DNA of 61,215 bases, filler included. It is 12 parts of 12 records of this genome, joined end to end, with 100 filler letters (N's around TTAATTAATTAA, not from the genome) between each part and the next. Parts side by side here need not be neighbours in the genome. Positions count along the whole stretch, not along the records: positions 53,909 to 61,215 come from SRR7504441_26212; 11 more parts are not named here. One strand, 5' to 3'. The notes beneath the pieces were generated by a model. The model did no database searches. It was not told the origin of the DNA and was given only the letters and a program-made list of their open reading frames with translations. The stretch's first letter is position 1. Every line of letters begins with the position of its first letter. Both the position numbers and the translations under genes were made by a program. Positions 54,714-61,215 of this stretch are shown here, in pieces.

Positions 54714-57245
54714 TCAGTTAGAATCTACATGTACAAGCGGCGGGAAAGCTGGCTTGGGTGGGCTCAGGTTTCTACCAATGACCTCTGGCATGCATGCTTT
54801 ACTAACAGTTGCATTGAACATTGGACGCTGCCCCCCAATTGGTGCTGTTGCTGGAGGCCTTGGTGTGCAAGGATGTCTTCGCAGCCATCTAGAGCTCACA
54901 GTATAGCTTGCTCCCTTCGCCCGCGTCTTCGAACACGCGTGCTCCTGGTTTAACGGCTCTGGTGGTACTGCAGCAAACTCATCTCGCCCCTCTGTGTGAT
55001 TGCTGCTCTGCATGCGACGTGTCGCCCTTGATGTCTGTGTTGCCCCTGGTGCATCCTTCTGCTTTACAATTGTTTGATCCATGTCTGGATTCCTATGTGA
55101 AGACCTTTCTGGATCACGTGTGCCCATTGTGCGATCTTGAGCCGCCTCTGTTCTACATGGTGTTTGCTGTGTCTCGTTGGAAATTACCCTCCCTGTCGGA
55201 GAATTCCTACTTTGTTGCACATGCAAATTGGAAGCCGTATTGGGTCTTTTACGGGTGGGAACGCCACGCCGGAGTCTGCCCTTGGAAACCAATGGCGGTG
55301 TCTCCTTTTTAGCGGTCTCGCAGTGCTGGTTCTCTAGCTCTGTTATCTCTGCCTTTAGTCTGCTTATCTCCTCTACCGCTTCAGGGCTGTTTTGTAGGTC
55401 TCCTGCTTTTGCCCGTGCCTCTTGAAGCTGTGCCTTAGTGTCTCCTATCTGTTGGTTGAGTTGCTTAGCCTTACCTTTGGGATTGACATCGAACGATATT
55501 GTGGGCTTGCTTAGCTGTACAACCGGATGCTTGGCATTCCAGTAGAAATCTCTCAGCGTGTTCCAGTGCAGAAATAACTCCATAAGTTTGACATTTTTTG
55601 CTGCCTTACAAATAAGTGGGACAGCAGCTACTTGACAAAGAGACCAGGTGTGCCACTTCTGCCAGGCATCTGCAACCGCATGCTGTAAAAAGCGAAATGC
55701 CATCTTCTGAAACTTATGGTACATCATAATAAGTTCCTGGACAAATTCCTGAATAGCTCTGAATCCCTTTCTTATTGATCGCTGGGCAGATATTCTGGAA
55801 GACTTTGCCATGAGCTCCTTATTCATTGACACTGATTTCTGGTTCAGCTGCAATTGAGTAACTCCCTTGCCAAGCCAAAAGCGCTGCACAACAGTCTCAA
55901 GCTCTTGCTGCTTGCAACATGCCCAGAACTCAGCCAGCCATGAGTTCCAGGTCTGTGAAGCCTGCTGATTCCTAAGGTGCCCACAAGTCCACCGCAGCAG
56001 GCGGGCCTTGCGTCTGTGAGCCAAGTAGTCGCGCCAGAGGTCCATGGCTTGTGAGACATGCTTGTGCAGCATCTTGCGTAGCACCTCTTGCATGGTCCTC
56101 AGGCCCAGTGCCATTCCTCGCCAGGCTCGCCAAGCAGCTGTTCTAGTGTAGATGTGAGGCCATGTGCCTTCAAACTCCCGACAACGTGCCTTCAGTTGCA
56201 AAGTGCGCACCGCCTTCAGCCGCCAAGGCTCGACGGATCGTCGGAACCATGTGAGCATGCACTTCCACACCGCAGTGCACTTTAGGGCCTCTGATGGATG
56301 GGGTAACCGGCTCAGTCCAACCCAGTGCTGAAGCCGTCTCCTTAAATCCGCCCGATTCCAGCGATGCATCTGCAGTCTGAGGGTGAGCAGCAAGTCGGTT
56401 ACCCGCTCAGCACTTGCAAGCACCGAGCGCAGCTGCTGCGTTTGCTGCCGCGTGACTCCTAAAGCCATGCATTGGCGGGCTCGCTTGGCCATCTTGCTCC
56501 ACCCCAGCCAGTGCAGCGTCTTGTATTCAAGCGTCGACCGATGGTACTTGTGCACCCTCCGAAGCAGTCGCTCATTCGTTCGATTCTTAAAAGTCAACAG
56601 CAGCCGGAGTCTCGTCATTCCTGTCTGATACAGTACTCGCCGGATCACTTGTCCCAAGGTGGGAACTTTTCGCAGCTGGGACAGTCCCCTCCGTCTCAGC
56701 GGAGCGTGAGCGCCCCGCCGGATGGCGAGGACGGGCTTGCGGTAGGCAGTTCTCCAGGCCGTGTATCCATGGAGCAGCCGGACCGAGACCACCGGCCGAC
56801 CCAAATCAATGAACCGCGCCCAGTCCACCATCCGGCATTGCCGTGCGTGGCGCATCGCGTTCCGCTTGAGGGTCAGCGTCAGGTTCATTTGGGAGACGGG
56901 CTCGTCGCCCAGCCTGTCGATCAGATCAAACAGCGCCTGCCTGTTCTCGGCGGCAGCCAGCTGCTTCTCAACGCCCTCAAGCCGCCGGCGGAGCGCGAAT
57001 GTCCGGCCGGGCGGCGGGACAGGGACCGCAGTGAGGCTCTCGACCAGCTTGGACTTGAGCTCGTCTATTTTGTCGGTGAACCCTCGGATCCGATGGCTCA
57101 GCTCGGTCGCGAGCGGGGTTGGGGTCGCCAGCAGCTGGCCGGGTGGAGCCACCCCTGGGGTGTCGGGCGCCGTGGACCAGGGTCGGGCCCACTGTGGTAG
57201 CACCGTGATGCTCAGCCGCCGCCCGTCCCGGGGTCCCTCCTCCAT
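54714..57245 (-). CDS. 843-aa helical protein with spaced Trp repeats (SFI1-like, putative centrin binding)
   Basis: AAWRAWR, QAMDLWRDY, QTWNSWLA, ADAWQKWHTW, FLHWNTLR; disordered tail. Confidence 0.6.
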   Translation of the reverse strand: MEEGPRDGRRLSITVLPQWARPWSTAPDTPGVAPPGQLLATPTPLATELSHRIRGFTDKIDELKSKLVESLTAVPVPPPGRTFALRRRLEGVEKQLAAAENRQALFDLIDRLGDEPVSQMNLTLTLKRNAMRHARQCRMVDWARFIDLGRPVVSVRLLHGYTAWRTAYRKPVLAIRRGAHAPLRRRGLSQLRKVPTLGQVIRRVLYQTGMTRLRLLLTFKNRTNERLLRRVHKYHRSTLEYKTLHWLGWSKMAKRARQCMALGVTRQQTQQLRSVLASAERVTDLLLTLRLQMHRWNRADLRRRLQHWVGLSRLPHPSEALKCTAVWKCMLTWFRRSVEPWRLKAVRTLQLKARCREFEGTWPHIYTRTAAWRAWRGMALGLRTMQEVLRKMLHKHVSQAMDLWRDYLAHRRKARLLRWTCGHLRNQQASQTWNSWLAEFWACCKQQELETVVQRFWLGKGVTQLQLNQKSVSMNKELMAKSSRISAQRSIRKGFRAIQEFVQELIMMYHKFQKMAFRFLQHAVADAWQKWHTWSLCQVAAVPLICKAAKNVKLMELFLHWNTLRDFYWNAKHPVVQLSKPTISFDVNPKGKAKQLNQQIGDTKAQLQEARAKAGDLQNSPEAVEEISRLKAEITELENQHCETAKKETPPLVSKGRLRRGVPTRKRPNTASNLHVQQSRNSPTGRVISNETQQTPCRTEAAQDRTMGTRDPERSSHRNPDMDQTIVKQKDAPGATQTSRATRRMQSSNHTEGRDEFAAVPPEPLNQEHACSKTRAKGASYTVSSRWLRRHPCTPRPPATAPIGGQRPMFNATVSKACMPEVIGRNLSPPKPAFPPLVHVDSN

Positions 57246-57308
57246 AGCCTGCCGGAAGGGACCCCGTGTGCTACTGCAGCTGCCTTGCTCCGAGTCCGTT
57301 GCAATCCA

Positions 57309-58574
57309 ATGGCGAGCCGGACAGCGTTAGCACGGGCGTGGCGCGCGGGGACCTTGGCGGCTGTTCGCGCACCACGCCCGGCGGGATCAGTGCGAGGGTG
57401 CTCGTCCGTGGCGCCGGCGCCAGCCGACGGTGCCCGTCGCGCCGCCCGGCGCCCTCACCGCGTCGGCAGTCGACGCGCGCCGGACGATCCAGCCAATCCT
57501 GGGAAACTACCCGATCATGTCCCCCGAGTCGTACGTGGCCGCATCCGCCAGCGTGATCGGTCAGGTCCCGTGCCACCCCGCGCCGCCGTCCCGCGACACC
57601 CCGGGGGCAGGTAGAGATCTACGATCGAGCCGTGGTCTGGTATAACGCTGTTGTCCGCGGTGAGCCGCCCCTCCCGCTGCGATGCGCGCCCGTGGCACTG
57701 GTGGCATTAGCAAAGTCCTGGGAGACACCCCGCCCCGTTTGCGGGCTTGTGCGCTCGACTATTTGCCCGCGCTGTCTGTAGTTGGGTGGGCTGATCCGGG
57801 TGCGGTGCGCAGGAGACTTGAATACCATCACTATCGGTGCATTCTCGCACGTAATGGATGGTGCGGTGGTGCTCTCTGATAAGTCGCTACAGCCTGGTGC
57901 CTGGCCCGCGGTCTGAGCCTCGTGCTGATGCTGTCGCAGGCTTTGAGGCCTCGACACACATCGCGAGCAATGTTCGCATCGGTGCCACGCTCTGGATCCA
58001 GCGCTGCTCGCTCTAATCCCCGGTTCAGGCTGCCGGGCTCTGGTCAAAGGCTGCACTATCCTGGATAACGCCACCATCGGGGACGGGGCTGTGGTAATGG
58101 AGGTGCTTGGCCAGCTGCATTCAGGCACGACTCTGGTCTGTGTGCAGGGGGCTCTCGTGGAGGAGGGGGCTGTGGTCGAGCCGGGGAGCGTAGTGCCCCA
58201 AGGCGCGCGGATCCCAGCTAAAGAGGCGAGCTGGCCCACAGTCACCGCACGGTCTGAAGGGCTGGTAGGTGTGGGGCGGCAGCCCGGTCCAATTTGTCCG
58301 CAAGCTCGAGTACAAGGAGCTTACTGCGCCGGAGTACGCGTGAGTGCCCTCCTGCCGTGTCCCGTAGAGCACGCTAGCGCCGTGCGCCCGCTGCAGCGGA
58401 CGGCTAATTTGTGTCTCTGTGCCAGCACTGCAGAACTGTGGAACTTGGCCCTCGAGCATCAAGGCGAGCTACTGCCTCGAGGCTCGGCATACCAGCAGGT
58501 CCTGTTGCCGGATTGTCTTGTGAGCTGATTTATGTTGCTGGTTGCAGCTGGAGGACGCTCAGAATGCTTGCTAA
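57309..58574 (+). CDS. Mitochondrial gamma-carbonic-anhydrase-like protein (complex I CA module), about 9 introns (58226-58268 is GC-AG)
   Basis: Arg/Ala presequence; YVAASASVIGQ|V, VWYNAVVRG|DLNTITIG, GALVEEGAVVEPGSVVPQGARIPAKE|VWGGSPVQFVRKL. Confidence 0.88.
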
Positions 58575-58839
58575 GCGATTGGGATTTCACAAAACGTACG
58601 AGCAATGATTGTTGAGCATAATTGCCCTCGCTCATTCGCCCATTTTTACAATTAGTACCATGCACCTTATGTGATGTGTTACAATGCATTAGGAGAGACT
58701 CACTGATCGTGCCGTTGAAGTAATAAAGGGTGGTAATTTATATTCACCTAACTCTAGTCATTATAATTATATTTTTTGTTTGGGATCATGCTCTACGATA
58801 CGTAATCGTTGTTAATTGTTGTACCGTGGCACATGCCTT

Positions 58840-59360
58840 TTACTTGTAAGTCCGATAAGTTCGTCCATGGAAAGCAACGTTCCCATAAAAGTGAATCTTG
58901 TTCTTTGCGTCTAGTTTGATTGATTCATCCTCCCCAACACCATTGGAAAAACTAATGTAAAAATTGCCATCCCCTCGCACAGCAAACTTCCAGGTTGCTT
59001 GTTGTCGATTCCTTAAACTGAATGAGACCTGCAGTCCAATCCCTTGAGATTGAGGCATATTATATCAAGCCAACCTAGTTAGCCAGGCAAGAGTGTGCGG
59101 TTACCTCTTTCCCCCCCAGAGATGACAGTCTTAATCCGAGATCTTCATCAGAGAAGTAGGAAACTAGTGGCTCTGCCGTCTCGCTCACTCCGACTGCTAT
59201 ATCTGATGCACTTGGCACTTCTAGTATTCGAGTACCCAGACTCACGTTGGCTGCACGGACTGATCGCGTGCTTACAGGGGCACTATAGCCATCTAGCTTG
59301 AGTTTGGTGGTGGACTTGAAATAACTTGGTTGTTTGTAGAAGATAGCACTACCACCTTCC
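58840..59360 (-). CDS. Hypothetical beta-rich protein, last exons only; start not found
   Basis: Exons LGLRLSSLGGKE|VSFSLRNRQQATWKFAVRGDGNFYI..IHFYGNVAF joinable by a GT-AG intron. Confidence 0.35.
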
Positions 59361-59848
59361 TAACCTTTGGCGCTCTGCGCGACAGACCTTAAACCCTTCT
59401 CCGCTCTGCTCACCGCACAGCTCAGCCAAACGGGTAGGTGGCAAGGGCCACCTGCAGTAGCACCACCCCTAAGCTACCCCCAGAGCGCTTGGGAGTCCGG
59501 CATCCGCAGTGCCGATAGGCCAGCTCGCGCGTTCAAACGGTGAGTGATTTGGATGCCGGGATGCACTCTAATGCACTCGGCTTGATCCCGTGGACACGAC
59601 GGACCAGGTGGCGAGGAGCTCGGTGGCTGAGTTGTGTGTCGCCGGGCCTAGTGGCTGTCCAGAACTTGCGGAACCTGGCGCCACGCGGGCGCGCGGGCGT
59701 CAGTTCAAGACTCAGCGCATCAGCTGTACATGTCCGTTGGTTTGGTCGAGCTGCCACGGGCGGAATCGAGCGGCGCGTCCGGACAGCCACAGCAGAGGAC
59801 AGCCGCAGCAGCACTGCAGCAGCTCGACGCGGGGAGGGCAGTCGCAGC

Positions 59849-61192
59849 ATGGGGGCCAGGAAGCCCGGGGTCGAGATCATCGAGCTGAAGGCAGCCGGCC
59901 TGGCGGCTCGCCGGCTCACGCGCCGGCGCAGGACGACCAGATGACCTTTCTGATGACCGACGCCGACGCCAGCTTCGCCAACTCGCTGCGGCGGACCATA
60001 ATCTCGGACGTGCCCACGCTGGCGATCGATCTGGTCGAGTTTGAAAACAACAGCTCGGTGGTCCGCGGGCACAGCCGCGGGCCGAGCGGGGCGGGCAGGT
60101 GCTGAGCGACGAGTTTATCGCGCACCGGCTGGGGCTGATCCCGCTGGTGAGCAAGCGGGTGAACGAGTTTAAGGACAACCGGGAGTGCACCAACTGCCAC
60201 ACCTTCTGCCACGAGTGCAGCGCCGAGTTCAGTCTGCACGCCTCCTGCACCGACAACGAGACGCTCAACGTCACATCAAAGGACTTCTTCTGCCAGGTCC
60301 GGGCGGCCCGCGGCCCCGGACTGAGCCGGCTGGTGCAGGACGTCGACCGTGTGTGCCCGGTGGACCTGGTAGACGACCCGGCCAGCCAGGAAGGCGCCTG
60401 GCTGCGGCGCGCGCAGCGCTGATCGGTCTGTCGACAGAGGGCAGCGGGATCCTGATTGTCAAACTGCGGAAAAACCAGGAGCTGAAGCTGCGGGCGATCG
60501 CCAAGAAGGCGCGCCCAGTCCGCCGGCCGACCGCATGACCGCTGCTGGGTACAGGGAGTGGGCAAGGAGCATGCCAAGTGGGCGCCCGTGTCTGTGTGCA
60601 ACTTTTGGTGACACCCAGTCCCGGCCGGGCTCGAGCCCAGGGCAGGCCGGAGCCGGTGGTCGAGATCAACCCGGTGCTGTCGGCGCTGCTCACAGAGGAG
60701 GAGAAGAGAGAGTGGTGCCAGTCGTGTCCTGCGGGAGGCATTACGTTCAACGAACTCACTGGGTGCATCGCGGCGGCGGCCGGGCTGACGGGGCTGCAGC
60801 GAGTTTGAGATGGTGAATGTGAATAAGGTGGCCCAGTCCAAGGACTTCCTAGACTACTCCAAGCTGCTGGTGCCGGCCGGTCTGGTCCCTGCAGCTGAGT
60901 AGTGGCGTGCAGCTGGCAAAGATCCACGAAAGATCGCAGGTGCCTGCAGAGCACATGTATGACGAGCTAGTAGAGCAGTCTTTCCGGGATGACCGATTCT
61001 ACTTCTACATCGAGGTGATGGGGCGGATGGGCGGCTTTGACCAGGGCTGGTCAGACCACCAAGGCGCTGGCTCCTGAGGAGTGTGTGGCGGCCGCGATCA
61101 ACGTACTCAGGTCCAAGATCAACACGATCAACAAGGACTTGCTGAACGAGGGCGAGGATTCCGGTTACCACGGAATTTCGGCCATTGGCTGA
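59849..61192 (+). CDS. RPB3: RNA polymerase II subunit RPB3, about 10 introns (GC-AG at 59891-59931, 60394-60437, 60509-60554)
   Basis: DASFANSLRRTIISDVPTLAIDLV, NSS|VLSDEFIAHRLGLIPL, C-C-C-C zinc site, ILIVKLRKNQELKLRAIAKK|GVGKEHAKW, FYFYIE|TTKALAPE. Confidence 0.96.
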
Positions 61193-61215
61193 CCGTGTCC
61201 GAATGGCTAGCTATG

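Noticed and set aside
1-61215. Stop-codon reassignment or selenocysteine to explain broken ORFs
   Set aside because: Nearly all interruptions resolve with short introns, and TAA, TAG and TGA all end genes (e.g. 43515, 22785, 1216)
1-61215. CRISPR arrays, rRNA, tRNA, telomeric arrays
   Set aside because: No repeat-spacer pattern, conserved rRNA segment, cloverleaf or tandem TTAGGG run seen by eye; small ncRNAs could be missed without a covariance search

Overview
Eukaryotic nuclear DNA from a GC-rich, flagellated, probably non-opisthokont protist (inferred from DNAAF5, a KIF27-like kinesin and a mitochondrial gamma-carbonic-anhydrase-like subunit). I cannot name the lineage. The window is 12 short contigs joined by 11 artificial 100-nt spacers (N44-TTAATTAATTAA-N44), so adjacency across spacers means nothing. 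I hand-traced about 35 genes or gene fragments. Many are split by very short introns (mostly 35-46 nt) with a CTGAN/CTAAN-like branch site about 10-12 nt before the AG and no polypyrimidine tract. Roughly one in ten has a degenerate GC donor. Genes are often head-to-head across 43-190 nt GC-rich gaps carrying a recurrent YAACGG motif, and tail-to-tail across AT-rich spacers full of micro-duplications and gene scraps. The most unusual proteins are an SH3b + legumain(C13)-like + UBA protein, a PHD-PHD-F-box-ankyrin protein, a GNAT + tandem PhyH fusion and a kinesin-14-like motor with degenerate switch motifs. One non-LTR retrotransposon RT fragment is present. I saw no rRNA, tRNA or CRISPR features. 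All gene models and domain calls come from reading motifs by eye, not from database searches.
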